Assembly (NCBI RefSeq): GCF_004010195.1
Contig: NC_057719.1
Coordinates: forward strand, 88,613,179-88,674,563
Length of the DNA stretch: 61,385 nucleotides
DNA from: Chiloscyllium plagiosum
Taxonomy: Eukaryota
Direction: 5' to 3'
Under the pieces are notes generated by a model. The model was not told where the DNA came from. It worked only from the letters and a program-made list of their open reading frames with translations, and searched no databases. The translations under genes and the position numbers were made by a program. Of this stretch, positions 14,631 through 28,350 are shown piece after piece (the stretch's first letter is position 1; each line of letters starts with the position of its first letter).

Positions 14631-14820
14631 CCATGAAAAAATCAATGAAAAGGAAAATAAATACCATTTAGTTACCTACTTCTGCAGCAAGGAAAGGAAA
14701 TGGTCAACCTTACCCAGTCTAACCTCCATGTTACCACAGCTCCACAGAACATGATAATTCTGTATTGATCAACAAGCTCCTCAATTCAAATGAAGTAGTT
14801 GAGTACAAAGCCCAAAACTA

Positions 14821-14975
14821 ACATAGAACAGAATATTAACAGGGCGGTACAGGCTCTTCGGCCCTCGATGTTGCGCCGACCTGTCATACCAATCTGAAGC
14901 CCATCTAACCCCCACTATTCCATGTACGTCCATATGCTTGTCCAATGACGACTTAAATGTACTTAAAGTTGGCGA
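14821..14975 (-). mobile_element. 5'-truncated CR1 tail
   Basis: acatagaac tail and ggccctcgatgttgcgccgacc 3' UTR, similar to the copy at 25957. Confidence 0.8.
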
Positions 14976-15949
14976 AGTTTTGTACTTAAATTTTGTACTT
15001 AAAGTTTTTTAGAGCAATCAAAAAATGCATAATTGCTACTATCCAAACACACAGAAATGAAATCTCTCAGATATAATATTGCTTTTGTCTTTTCATGCAT
15101 GCCAAAAGCAAAACTACTCTTTCTTGTATTTAAATTATTAAAATCATCACAAAGTGTTTTATGTTATTGAGGGGGTATAAAACAACCTGGGTGCAAATCT
15201 GCCCATGGAACCTGACTAATATTAGATCATTCACAATGATAATGTGGCTGATAAATTTATTAAAAAGCTATGGGAAAAATAAATCAACTTCTTGGAAATA
15301 ATGTTATTTCCAAGCATGTTATTCCTTGTATTTGTGCACTTACATTGATTTTTAGTGGGAAAAAATGTTAAATAAACACACCATCATAATTTATAGGCCT
15401 CTGATTTTGCAGTGAGTTGAATTTCATGTTGTCAAATCAGAGGTTGGTTTTCAAACTAACTGTTTATAAATGGCAAAGATCATTTTAAAATTATGACACA
15501 TGGTACTAAACTTTCAGACCTCACATAAAACGAGTCAAAATATGACGGAAGGTTTTCTCTTGTGCTACTAGTTCAAAATAGGCTACAACGGTCATATCAG
15601 AACTAAACATCAAAGAATTTTACAGATAAGTTACACTGGATTAGAGTTTATTGAAAGGTTAGCACAGCTTACACAATCATTTGTCCAAACTGGCCACACC
15701 TATACATCAAGATGATAAGGCTCTTAAAGTGTTAGATTTATGAGAAGCGGTTAGCAGGAAGCCAACAGTGATTCTATTTGCTCCGGGTGAGTTTTTAGGT
15801 GAGTCGGTGATTAAGTTGCCCCTTGTCAGGGGTCACTAGGGCGAGTGATTGTGTAATGAAATTAATATGCTGACAAGACTGAAATCAATAAATTTGTGTT
15901 CACCACAATGCCTTCTACGCAGCTACATGCCTCTCTGCAGGGCAGAGAG

Positions 15950-17280
15950 CTCCAGCAAAAAGGAAGAATTATCTTAGCACAAGATCTCCAGACTGAGGGT
16001 AAGCTTCTTTGACATGACTAAGCAATATGCAGCATCCTGGAGCAAATTCTCGGTTCAAGACGACCAGGTGTAACATGAGTTGTCAACAGCCACCAAGGTC
16101 CACAGTGTCCTGAACTTCTTCACCTCCGCCTCCTTCAATAGATCTACCAGAGACATTTCATGAATTTCAATAGATTCCACTAATGTCTGTGATCAACTAG
16201 TTTTTTGACCACTAAACAGTGATCGTGTACGTCTGTACTAGATATCTGGGGAGCTGTCGTGGCTCATTTGTTCTGTGGCAATCTCATCTCCTGGAGGTTG
16301 ACTCTGCTTTACAAGCTCTGACAGTTGGTTCCCAGGAGACCAGGCGAATCGTGGGAGCATCTTTACACAGCTTCGAAGGTCTCTAGGGGCTGCTGTGCCT
16401 TTCTGGGCCTTTCACAACATTTCACTTCAGAGAGTGGGGGAGCAGAAGAGTTGAATGAGTAGCAACCTCCTCCAAAGAGGGAGTGTCAGTCGTGGCCAAG
16501 GCCTGCAGCCACAAGATCACTGCTAAAGAAGCTTCTGACTACCTCACCCAGATACTTATTTTTTTGTGTGCATGAGGCCATTTAACAGTGCCATCTGAGG
16601 AGTGCACTCCACCTCTTCAACTGGTTAATCCAATAGCTGTTCAACCTCTCCAATAGGTTTTCCCACCTCTCAATCACCCACTTCCTTATATGACATCACC
16701 CTCACAATGTCAGTGCTAGGATTAGCAAACTGGGACACAACATCATCTCTGAGCACCCTCTCTGGCATTGTTTGTTCTTTTCTTCTGCAAGGGCAAAAGA
16801 CAGTGGCTAGGACAATGTTAGCCGCTCTCAACAATTCCAGTAGCCCACTGAAATGTAAACTTCAATTACCAATGTTATCATCACATCAGGGCTTTTAGAT
16901 TTGCTCAGAGGTCAATATTCATCTGGGGCACAAATGTCTTCTCTGTTCAGGAGTGTCATGCTCCCTCAGGTTAATCAGACAGCATATCTGCAGACCTGGA
17001 GGTCTGCCATCTGGCTGTTGCACTGTACCCAACTTGCCAGAGCGAAGGAGGTCACTGAAATCTCTTCAAGCACTGCACCCTGATTTATCCTCACAGCAAT
17101 GTGGTTGCTTATGCAATTCACCATCTCCAGACACACCAGATACATTTTGTTGGTTGGGTCTCTCCTGCCACCCTCAGCACCAAGAAAGCTTGATTATCTT
17201 CCACTCCTCCAGCATCGCCTCTCTGACCTCTGAGCTGCCCGCCCCCCACAGGTAGCTGGTCTCTGTTGCTACTCATTTTT
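15950..17280. mobile_element. Decayed PIF/Harbinger transposon: transposase remnant (+) and Myb/SANT-like gene remnant (-)
   Basis: + strand 16107-16169 reads VLNFFTSASFNRSTRDIS*IS, resembling the Harbinger transposase LxFFASGSFQxxxGDxxGIS motif; - strand 17049-17078 reads VQCLKRF(s)DL with a 1-nt frameshift, resembling Myb/SANT QCxKRxNDL. Confidence 0.6.
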
Positions 17281-17477
17281 TAAAGCAAAGATAAAAAAAA
17301 CCTCCTAACTCACTGGAAAATTGCTCTTCTTTATTGAAGATTTAACATGTGAGATTAAGCAAATGAGTTTGGGCTGAAACTTGATCAGAATGTGTTCCTA
17401 GGAAAACAGGAAGTTCAAGTGTAATTTGTGTCCTGTTTTCGGATTGTGCCCAAAGCCAAGAAACTACTCCAATGTAG

Positions 17478-18003
17478 ATCACAGATCATATAGTCAAACA
17501 GCATGGAAATAGAGCCTTCAGTCCAACCAGTCTATGCCGACCATGATCCCAAATTAAACCAGTCCCACCTGCCTGCACTTGGCTGATATTCCTCCGAACA
17601 CTCCTTATTAATGTACTAAGTGTCTTTTAAATATTGTAACTATATCCGCATCCACCACTTTTTCTGGAAGTTCATTCCACACACTAACATGCTCCGTGCA
17701 AAAAAGCTGCCCCTCATCATTTTTAAATCTTTTGCCTCTCGCCTTAGAAATATGCTCCTCATCTTGAAATCTCACACCCTAGAGAAAATACACCTTCCAT
17801 TCACCTTATCTATGCCCCTTATAATTTTATAAACCTTGATAAAATCACCCCTCAACCTCCTACACTCCAGTGAAAAAGGTCCCAGCCTCTTATCATAACT
17901 CAAACCCTCCATTTCTGGCAACATCCTGGTAAATCTTTTCTCAACCCTATATCTTCCCTATAACAGGGCAACCAGAACTGGATATAGTACTCCAGAAGAA
18001 GCC
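17478..18003 (-). mobile_element. CR1 LINE 3' fragment
   Basis: Reverse complement of CR1 ORF2 end and 3' UTR (gtccaaccagtctatgccgacc). Confidence 0.88.
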
Positions 18004-18223
18004 ATATGTTTAATTGCCTGTGCAATTGGCCTTATGAGTGTGGCCTCTACAAACTGCCTCAAATTTCACTTAGAAAAATGAATCGTGTTTCAATAAATAC
18101 TAATGACCAAAAAACATGGTTTCTTACGATAACAAAAGCAGTATAATATTCAGGATGAAGAGTAAAGTTAAGACATTACAATGGATAGTTTTACGATCGT
18201 TCAAAATGTTAAAAAGAGCATAC

Positions 18224-19118
18224 CTTTAATTTCCTCACAATCAATGTCAGTTCTTACATTTCCTTTTGACAGTTCCTCTTGATACTTCCCTGGTTGACGC
18301 CCAGAAGAAACAATTCCAACTTTGGAAGTAGGGAAACTGTTACATTGGTCATCCTGCAAAGTTACTGCACGATCTGTTATCACAGCTGGCTGCAATTTCC
18401 CAGCAATTTCCTGTGCAGACTGATCTTGCAATTTCACACTCACTGCCAAACCTTTGGTTGTAATACCAGTAGCTGAAGAACATTTCTTTTCTTCGTCACA
18501 AACAGCAATTAATATATTTTTCTCCAGAACTGCAGCATTACCATCCAGAGAGTTAGGACAACCAGCCAATTCAAGTCCAAGTTGATTTCTGTCTTTTAAT
18601 GGTAAATGATCCTCTGTAGTGCTAAGTTGGTTTGATATCTCATCAAAGGCAACCGATGCTGACTTTTTACTAGAGTCTGAGGGGGAACAATATTTTAACA
18701 CATTTCCTGTGTCTTCAAGATCCTGTATGTCATTCTTTGTCAGAATAGCATGAACTGAAATACCATTTTCTGAAGGAAAATCAGAATTGCTTTTGCCTGA
18801 AACATTATGGTGCAATATAGGCCTGATGTGTATCAACTCCTCGGCCAATGATAGATTACCCAACTTACTACTGCAAGGTTTTGGCTTGTTCACAGTTCCT
18901 TCAGTATCCATCAGAGCTCTGCGAACAGCTTTGCGATTGATGGAGCTTTTTTGGGAGTCATGCATCTCGATAGTTTCCCACTCTCCATTCATCCAGTCAG
19001 TGCCTTCTTCAGCCTCCTGCCAATCAAACATGACCACATCTAAATCAGCATTCTTCCTCAACTCAGCATCTTCATTTACTTTTTGCTTCTTATGTTCTTC
19101 TGTGACTGTCTCCACCCA
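18224..19118 (-). CDS. Large internal coding exon (895 nt) of an unidentified gene; Ser/Glu/Asp/Lys-rich, probably disordered segment
   Basis: Only long non-repeat ORF (track 18201..19115). Acceptor tgctcttgtttaaag|TGGGTG (phase 0, WVETVTEEHKK...) and donor ATTAAAG|gtatgc (phase 1). No family recognised. Confidence 0.85.
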
Positions 19119-20161
19119 CTTTAAACAAGAGCACAGAAATAAGCAGATGTTAGGACTAACATTATTAACATGTTTACATTCACCAATATCAATAGCACAT
19201 GGCTGTCCTCAAAACCTTCACCTTCAAAAAGTGACTTTTTGCAATAGGTTAAGAATGTTCACCTCTTCAGCACAAAACAGTTACCAATTCAGCAAAGGAC
19301 AAGTCACAACCACAACACGTTCATTTGACCCAGTTATAGACCTCATTTAAGCATACTCAAAAATTTTAGTACTTCAAAAACAAAGTGATACATGATTCCT
19401 ACTCTTTCCAGTTTCTACATCTTTCCACAATAAAAGTGTAGAAACAAAGGGCATTATCTTGGAATGCCTAAGTCTTTAAACTTGGGCAATCCAACACTTG
19501 TCATGAATGCTCAGTTCTATGACTGAGATTAATTACAATAAGGAATTTGTCTATTTAATCATAAACTTTAATTTTCCACAATTACATAAACATATTGGAC
19601 TGGGTCTTTTCTGAACTGTTTGAATAGTTAATCAGGCAGATAAGGATAAGTATGTATTAATCTCACTAATTATTTGACAGAGATTTGTCCCAGAAGAAGC
19701 AAATTGAAGATGATGTAGAAAATGTAAGCTAAAACAAAGTTCTGAAGTTTTTTACAGAAGGAATTCTTAGAGGGTGATCCCTTTCCTTAGCATGACCAAA
19801 GAACAAGAACCAGATCTGGGTGAGTCAGTGGGAGCTGGACGTTTCATGCACTGCAATGTACAAAGTCACCATGGTTTTCATCAGTTATCATGCCAGCATC
19901 CTGAATGTCACTGGTGATTAAGACATTATAGTATCCAAACTAATAAAACCTGTATGGAGAAATAAGGTGTGTATAAACCAGGATCATAGCATCAAAATCA
20001 TCCCTCAAGAACTTCAGCGTACAGAGATCCTTGGTCCAAGACTCACTTTACCTTTTAAAAGGAATGTGTTTGTGTTGATGGAAGGACTTAGCATGCATCC
20101 ATTATTTTTGTCCTGAATTCTTTCAAATTTTGGGTTGCCATAGCTCCTCTTGTTGCCCAGA

Positions 20162-20510
20162 AGGATGGCACAGTGTAAAAGTGGTTAACATTACTGCCTC
20201 ATAGTGCTAAGGACCCAGGTTTGATTCCAGCCTTGGATGGCTGTCTGTGTGGAGTTTGCACATTCTTCTCATGTCCGCATGGGTTTCCTCCTGGTGCTGC
20301 AGTTTCGTCCCACAATCCAAAGATGTGCAGATAAGGTAAACTGGTCATGCTAAATTGCCCACTGTGTCCCAGATTATGTGGATTAGCCAAAGGAAATGCA
20401 GGGTTACAGGGATAGGTTGGTGGGGTAGGTCTGGGTGGGATGTTCTTCTGAGGGTCAGTGTAGACCTGATGGGTTGAATGGCCTGCTTCCACACCATAGG
20501 GATTCTATGA
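20162..20510 (+). mobile_element. HE1-type SINE (long variant)
   Basis: Head, core and tail gggattctatga. Confidence 0.9.
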
Positions 20511-21169
20511 CATTTCTAACGAAGATACAACTATGCACAAAGTTCTCCCTGTTTGAGAAAGAACTGGCAGTTAGGCATGGGCTTCTGGTATGATGATTTC
20601 AGCAGGGATAGGAACATCTGCAGCAGGTAATTTGGAAGGACGCTTGCCAAATATTCAGGCTGGCTGGAGTTATATCGAGCATGAAGGACAATGGGTTGAG
20701 ATATCAGAGGCCAATCATTTCAGATCCAAGACATTATTGCAAGTGTCCTTCAGAGTGCTGTCTTAGGTCCAACATCTTCACAGCTGTCTTCAATAATTTT
20801 CGCTCCAAGATAAGGGCAAGTTCATTGTCAACTGCACAACAGTCAGACGCATTCACAATTCCTCAAATACTGAAGCAATCATGTCTGCATGCAGCACAAC
20901 ATGGACAACATTGAGCTTTGAGATAATAAACGACAAAGTAATATGTGCACCACATAAGTGACATGTAATGACTATCCAACATTTCCCCATCTCCGGTTGA
21001 CATTCAATAAAATGACCATTGCTGTTAAAATTGAGCCGAGTCTCCAAATTGCTTGCTGCCTGCCACACGCAAAGTGGCACTGAGCTTAATGACATTGGGA
21101 ATTAATGCCTTCATATACCATTTTATGTCCCAGCAGCCCCACTTCCCTAACACCATCTGATTTCACAGG

Positions 21170-22280
21170 TAAAATTCCAAGCCAACTTAATATTGACAAA
21201 TGTGAAAAGACGCTCTTGGGAAGAAACAAATGGAAAGGCAGTATAACCTAAATGGAGCGTTGCATACTCAAAAAACTTTGAAGATGGCAAGGAAGGTTGA
21301 TAAGATAATTAAGAAAGCAAATGGACTGATTGATTACTTTACAAATAGGACCAATGAATTCACAAATGGGCAAATCATGCTCAGCCTTTATAAATTGCTA
21401 GTTAGGTCTCAGCTTGAATATTGTGTAGAATTCTGGACACCATCCTTTGGCAAGGATATTAAAGTTCTAGGAGGGTACTGTAACAGAGGGAGATTGCGGA
21501 AGCAGGAATTGTTGTCCTTGGAGCAACCTTTACAGAAAACCTAATGTGGTCTTCAATGAAGGGGTTCAATAGATTGAGTGAAGGAAATAATTTCCTCTGG
21601 TCAAAGGGGTGGGAACAAGTCATGGATTGAAAATAATTGGCCAAAGAACCAAAAAAGAAATGAGAGGAAATTTCATACTGAGAGTCATTGAAATCTTTAA
21701 TGTCTAAGATGTTGTTGGGTAGTGTGTAATCTGAAATTACACCCTATTATTATAGCATTCTGAAGTGAAAGGTTAGTTTTGGGCAGCACGGTGGCACAGT
21801 GGTTAGCACTGCTGCCTCACAGCGCCAGAGACCCAGGATCAATTCCCGCCTCAGGCAACTGTCTGTGTGGAGTTTGTACATTCTCCCTGTGTCTGCATGG
21901 GTTTCCTCCGGGTGCTCCGGTTTCCTCCCACAGTCCAAAAAAAATGAGCAGGTTAGGTGAATTGGCCATGCTAAATTGCCTGTAGTGTTAGGTGAAGGGG
22001 TAAATGTAGGGGAATGGGTCTGGGTGGGTTGCTCTTCGGAGGGTCGGTGTGGACTTGTTGGACAAAGGGCCTGTTTCCACACTGTAAGTAATCTAATTTA
22101 ATCTAATCTAAAATGTTGTGAAGTCAGATTCACAGGAAAATTCAAAAGATAACTGACACATTTAAAGACAATTAATTTGCAGAGAAAACTGGGAGAATGC
22201 TGGACAATTCTTTCAAACAGGAGGCATAGGTATGATAGGGTGAATAATCCTCTTTTGTGCTGCTAGATTCTCTGAGATTT
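21170..22280 (+). mobile_element. Old CR1 fragment interrupted near its 3' end by a SINE
   Basis: LSLYKLLVRSQLEYCVEFWTP motif. Confidence 0.75.
21781..22110 (+). mobile_element. HE1-type SINE (short variant, young)
   Basis: gggcagcacggtggcacagtggttagcactgctgcctcacagcgccag head; (tctaa)n tail. Confidence 0.95.
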
Positions 22281-22329
22281 TCATGGATATTAAACTGGTC
22301 AATTTTAATTCAAAGCACATGTACAGGCT

Positions 22330-22825
22330 GGATATGCAGCATAAGGGTAATTCATGGACTCTGGATAGACCACAGCTGGAGTACATTTCTGGGCTCCATA
22401 CTATTGGAACGATGTGATTACATTGGAGGGGGTGCAGAGGAGATGAACAGAAGCTGGATAAGCTCAGGATATCTTCTTTGGAGCAGAGAAGGTTGAGATG
22501 ACTACTGATAGAGATGTATTGCGATTATGAGCATGTACAGGGTGGATAGAAACCAACTACTCCCCTCAATTGAAGTATAAATGACAAGGATGCATAATTG
22601 TAAGGTGAAAGACAGGAGGTACAGAATGGATTTGAGGAAACAATTTTTCACCAAGTGAGTGCTGGGAATCTGGATTATACTGCCTGTGAAGGTAGTTGGG
22701 AAATATCATAATATTTAAGGCTATGGATCAAGTGGGAATAGTTTTAGAGTAATGTTCTTTTGTCAGTGCAGATTCGATGGGCTGAAGGACCTTTTCTGCA
22801 CTGTGCGATTCTTTGATTCTATGAG
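22330..22825 (+). mobile_element. Decayed CR1 3' fragment
   Basis: agaccacagctggagtac...; tail gattctttgattctatga. Confidence 0.75.
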
Positions 22826-23234
22826 ACACTACAGTACTGTAGCAATGCCAATTTTGTCTGAACACTTTGTGTTCTTGCTCTCAGCCTACTCACTATACTG
22901 ATTGTCCATGCAAAGGATAATAACAGGGAGGGTAACTTCTACATGCAAACTTGGCTTCCTCACCTGCTTGTGCCTGTTCTCACAAGTCAAGATGGTGGGG
23001 TGCATTATGATTATTCCATAACTCTGCCACATGATTTCCAGTGTATAGCAGAATTAACATTATAATTTCTAGGTTCTTAGCTCATGCTTCCCTCATTATG
23101 TTGAGGAACATTCACTGTATTAAGACAGTTTGAGCACTTCATCTTTCTTTAGCTTTGCAGCTTCATAAATACTTCCCTTTCATTTATTATGTACATATTT
23201 AATTAATTCTAGATTTACCTCTTCTACCTTTCTT

Positions 23235-24401
23235 TGAGAAGTTGACCAAACAGGTGGATGAGAGTAAAGCAGTTGATGTGGTGTACATGGATATCAGTAA
23301 GGCGTGTGATAAGGTTCCCCACTGTAGGCTATTCCACAAAACATGGAGCCATGGGATTGAGGGTGATTTAGCGGTTTAGATAAGAAATTGGCTAGCTAAA
23401 AGAAGACAGAGGATGGTGGTTGATGGGAAATGTTCATCCTGAAATTCAGTTACTAGTGGTGTACTGCAAGGATCTGTTTTGGGGTCACTGCTGTTTGTCA
23501 TTTTTAATAAATGACCTGGATGAGGGCGCAGAAGGATGGGATAGTAAATTTGCAGATGACACGAAGATCGGTAGAGTTGTGGAAAGTGCTAAAGGATGTT
23601 ATGGGTTACAGAGGGACATAGATAAGCTGCAGAGCTGAGCTGAAAAGTGGCAAATGGAGTTTAATGCAGAAAAGTGTGAAGTGAATCACTTTGGAAGGGG
23701 CAACAGGACTAAAGAGTACAGTGCTAATGATAAGATTCTTGGTGGTGTAGATGAACAGAGAGATCTCATTGTCCGTGTACACAGATCCCTGAAACCTGCC
23801 ACCCAGTTTGATAGGTTTGTTAAGAAGGCATACGGTGTGTCAGATGAGTTTCAGAGCCAGAGGCTGCAGCTGTACAAAACTCTAGTGTGGCCGCACTTGG
23901 GAGTATTGTGTACAGTTCTGATCACCACATTATAGGAAGGATGTGGAAGCTTTGGAAAGGGTTCAGAGGAGATCTACTAGGATTTGCCTGGTATGGAGGA
24001 AGGTTTTATGAGGAAAGGCTGAGGGACTTAAAGCTGTTTTCGTTAGAGAGAAGAAGGTTGAGAGGTGACTTAATCGAGACATATAAGATAATCATAGGGT
24101 TAGATAGGTTGGACAATGAGAACCTTTTTCCTCAGATAGTGATGGCTAGCACAAGGGGACATAACTTTAAACTGAGAGGTGATAGATATAGGACAGATGT
24201 CAGATGTAGATTCTTTACTCAGAGTTGTAGGAGCATGGAAGAGCAGACTCGCCAACTTTAAGGGCATTTAAATGGTCATTGGATAAACATATGGATGAAA
24301 ATGGACTAGTGTAGGTTAGACGGCCTTCAGACTGGTTCCACAGGTTGAAGCAACATTGAGGGCCAAAGGACCTGTACTGCACTGAAATGTTCTATGTTCT
24401 A
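23235..24401 (+). mobile_element. 5'-truncated CR1 LINE (RT domain to tail)
   Basis: INDLDEG...KFADDTKIG, LRGDLIETYKI; tail ttctatgttcta. Confidence 0.93.
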
Positions 24402-25260
24402 ATACATTTACTTCTGTGATTAATGAACTGAAATATATGTTAAATAAGCCAGATAAAAATTAGCATTCTCTCTGCAAAGAGGTATTTTTTCCTGACAGAC
24501 TTATGAAACCCTTTACTTACCTTTATATGATTTAAAAAAAAATTCATGCCTCATTTTCCCTCCTTAATTTCCTTATTTTGCTCTTCTTATGCATGTACAC
24601 ACAGAAGATAATATTTGTCAGACTACATTTGAGATTTATTGTATTTATTAATGTTTTTACATTCTCAATCTTATTTTCAAGAGAATACTTCACATTAAAT
24701 GCAGCTGCATCTAATGTAAAATATATACTGTATTAACAGCAAAAGGTGTTTTGTATGAAATTTCTACTGCAGGGCAGTTTGAATCTTTAAAAGGCTTGGG
24801 CATTGATTTTTTTTTACAGTTTCATTACCATAATAAGTTCCATTACTACTGAGTTTTCCTGAAGTGGGACATGTTAGGACTGGTCTGGTTAAATATTAAT
24901 TGCCTAAATTTTGATCAATAATCACCTGAGGGATTTAAGATGCAGACTTCTTTTCAGAAAACCACACTTGACTTTTTGTGTTACCCTCTGATTAGGGATG
25001 TTTATTTCCCAAAATCCTTGACAGTTTCTTGATAGTATCTACCATTGCCTGCCCAGATTTAAGAGAAATCTTTCTAAAGTTTAATGCATTTAGAAAATAT
25101 TATGCTCTAATGTTATAATTCCTCCTCGTTTCTCATACCACTCCTATTATAACACAACCGATTAACAGTCTGCATAACTAGCAAGACCACAAAACACCAA
25201 ACATGTATTCCATTAAAATGAGAAATGGTACTGGATTATTGATATCACTCACATTAACTG

Positions 25261-25381
25261 TTACGTAAGTTTAAAAAGTACACTTGTACTCTCATTTCTC
25301 TAACCTCCAATTTCCCTGACGGTATTGCTATCATTGTCAATATGACGTGACATAACCAATCACGCACGGATTCTTGCGTCA
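25261..25381. promoter_or_regulatory. Candidate regulatory motif cluster (bZIP sites + CCAAT box)
   Basis: TTACGTAA 25261-25268, TGACGTGA 25343-25350, CCAAT 25356-25360, TGCGTCA 25375-25381; locally retained CpGs. Confidence 0.35.
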
Positions 25382-25956
25382 ATCCTCTTATTGAAATTCA
25401 TGTACTTGGGGTTATGGTGGTTTAAAGGAATGAACCAAATTAATGAAGAATTTGAAGTGTTAAAAATAAGACAGAATTTAATATAAAAAGTTTAAAAACT
25501 AATGCTGAATTTCAACCCTTGCTGAAAGGAAAACAATAAAGTAACTTGCCACCTAACTGCAGCTGGCAACTCTCAAACATGAACCTTGAGACAAGAGGCT
25601 CAAAACAAACATGCTATTTGATCCTTCAAAGAATTCTCTCTGATGGAACAGAACAAAAAAAGGTGTTTTCTGAAGTAACACAGTACTCCCTTAAAGCTAG
25701 TTTTGCAGGTAAACGATCTTAAAGGTCAGAACACAAAGTTGAGGTCTTTGAATAGAATTTCTGGAAAAGCTCAGTCATAACCAAAAGCATCAAATTATAC
25801 TTGGACTGTGAGCATAACCTTTGTGTAATATTTGCTTGCATGTTCTGAACTCATTTTTAAGCAGATCTGAATACTTAATTTATTTTTAAGTGAGTTTACT
25901 ACTTAATAGTTACTCCTAAGAAGATTTGCTACTGTGCTTAGGTGAACTGACAATTT

Positions 25957-26190
25957 TAGAACATAGAACATTACAATAGATGTTCTTCGGCCCTCGATGT
26001 TGCACTGACCTGTGGAACTAATCTGAAGCCCATCTATCCTACACTATACCATTTTCATCCCTATGTTTATCCAATGACTATTTAAATGCTCTTAACGTTG
26101 GCGAGTCTACTATTGTTGCAGACAGGCTGTTCCATGCCCCTACTACTCTCTGAGTAAAGAAACTATCTCTGACATCTGTCCTATATCTAT
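25957..26190 (-). mobile_element. 5'-truncated CR1 tail
   Basis: tagaacatagaac tail plus 3' UTR. Confidence 0.85.
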
Positions 26191-26989
26191 TAATTATTCT
26201 AAACTCTTTAATATTGCAGCCATTACTAAATGTAATCCAGGATTGATTCCAAGTTTCATTTTTTTTGAAAGCTGTAAACTCATGCTCAATTCAAGTTTCA
26301 AAAATTAAAAAAAACCTTCCAGCATTGTTAAACAAGGATTTCTATGCACTCAGATTGGTTAGCTTTGAGAAGTTGCCTCTGCTATGGTATTGTGGAGCAG
26401 AGGAGATTTATTTTATTGAAATGTTTTTCGTAATCTGAAAACTCCAAGGAATGAGGACACATTATTTTATGACTAGGCTTAAGAGCTTGTAATGCAGACT
26501 AAGTTCCTGTAATGATTTAAAATCTCCTAGAATTGGATTTTAATTAACAATAAGTCTGGAAATAAATTTACTTTGCTGAGGGTGAAGATAGTAAAACCAT
26601 GACAATGAAAAACACAAACTGTGTTTTTAATTAAAAACGAAGTAGTTGACTTTTAAAAGCATTCAGCTTCAAAACTATTCCAATTTTTGTTGGAGCAAGA
26701 GAAAGGAAACAAAATTATTTTAATCAAAATAACAAAAAAAATTCTTAATTCTCCAAATGTTCTAACATAGGACAGGTCTGACATGGTGATCCCTCAGCTT
26801 ACTCAGAGGCTACAAGGCTTCACCATCAGCATTGGTGACTTGCAAGAACCTTCCTCAAGATGTGCAGCTAAACTGCCTAAATATAACTTTGCATTAACTG
26901 TTTCTGTATGAATTTCACAAACTTATTTTCTTCAAAGGAAATGCTGTTTTTGTCAACTCCAGTCATTGGGACATTTTGAACAAATATGG

Positions 26990-27640
26990 CATCATCAGGG
27001 AGTGATGTCTGTGATATGGTGCCGATCAAGTGTGCTTCTTTGACTGGATGAAGTCGAACTTTTTGATTGCTGTTGGAGCTTCCTGAATGAGTCCAATCAC
27101 TGTCAGCTTATCTCTGGAGTTCAGCTGTTTTAGTCCATGTTTGGACCAAGTCTGGAATGCGGTCAGGAGTCGAGTGGCTCTGCTGGAACCCAAATGGTGA
27201 GCATGTTGTTGTTGAGCAAGTTCTGCTCAATGGCTCCATTGGCAGCAGTTTCCATTGCTTTGCTGATGATTTGAATGTACAGCAATGGGGTGGTAATCGG
27301 CTGGATAAATCTGACCTGATTTTTGTAGACAGGAAATACAAGGCAGTTTTCCATATTGTCAGGTGGATGTCACAGTTGCAGCTTTAATGGAACAGTTAGA
27401 CTAGGAGCACAGCTAGTTCTTGAGCACATTTTAGTATTTGGGGTGGAGTGTGGAAGAGTCTATAGAGTTGGTTATATCCATTGTTTAAAGACATTCCTCG
27501 AGATTATGTGGAGTGAATAAAATCATTGTTGAAAATCTCAAGAGGAGACCAAGATAGAGCATTCACTTAGCATTTCTGGCCAAAGACGATGCAAATGATT
27601 AGGTCTTGTCCTTTACACAGACATGCTGAACCCCCTGGGA
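26990..27640 (-). mobile_element. Old LINE RT fragment (second family)
   Basis: Minus strand PITTPLLYIQIISKAME..NNNMLT..; gggttccagcagagccactcgactcctgacc resembles 45648-45680. Confidence 0.6.
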
Positions 27641-27789
27641 CCTAGGCTAAATGCTGCTTTTGCTTTATTCACACCGTTTTGCACGTTCTTCTTCCTTCTA
27701 CAGTTCTGTTAATTGTTAAGAGACATCACATGTTAATTTTGCTTTAGAAATCAGACATGGAAAATACCAAGCATATACATTAACTAGTG

Positions 27790-28350
27790 TCAATACATGA
27801 ACTCAGTCTGGACCTCTTTATCTCCAGGAACCACTTTGAGAGTTACAGAGAAGTCTGAAGTGAAGCAGTTGGAGTTTTGCAGAATGAGAGATGATCTTAT
27901 TGAAAATTGTAGGATTCTTACAGGACTTGAGAGAAGGTAAACACTGAGAGGATATTTCCCCTGATGGCAGAATCTACGATCAGAGGGCATAGTCTCAGAA
28001 TAATGGGCTGCCAATTTAAGACTGAGATGAGGAGAAATTTCTTCTCTTGGAGGGTTGAATGTCTTTAGAACTCATTGCTACAAAAGCTGTGAGGGCAAGG
28101 TCCTAGTGTATATTTAAGGCTGAGATAGACAGATTCTTAATCAGTTGGGGAATTCAGGGTTACAGGGAAAGGGCAGGAAAGTGAAGAATGTACTGAATCT
28201 GCTGTGCTTTTCCAGCACACTCTAATCTAAACTCTGGTTTCCAGCATCTGCAGTCCTCACTTTTGCCTAGGAAAGTGAAGAGTGTCAGATCAGCCATAGT
28301 CCTACTGAATGGCACAGCAGATTCGAGGGGGGCTGAACAACCTGCTCCTG
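27790..28350 (+). mobile_element. CR1 3' fragment carrying a short PLE-derived insert (about 28188-28268)
   Basis: CR1 3' sequence; insert ctgctgtgcttttccagcac...ccagcatctgcagtcc flanked by direct repeat aggaaagtgaaga. Confidence 0.8.

Noticed and set aside
18787..19350. 187-aa plus-strand ORF
   Set aside because: Antisense shadow of the large minus-strand exon.
21781..21850. tRNA gene
   Set aside because: tRNA-derived SINE head continuing into SINE body; same for all other copies.
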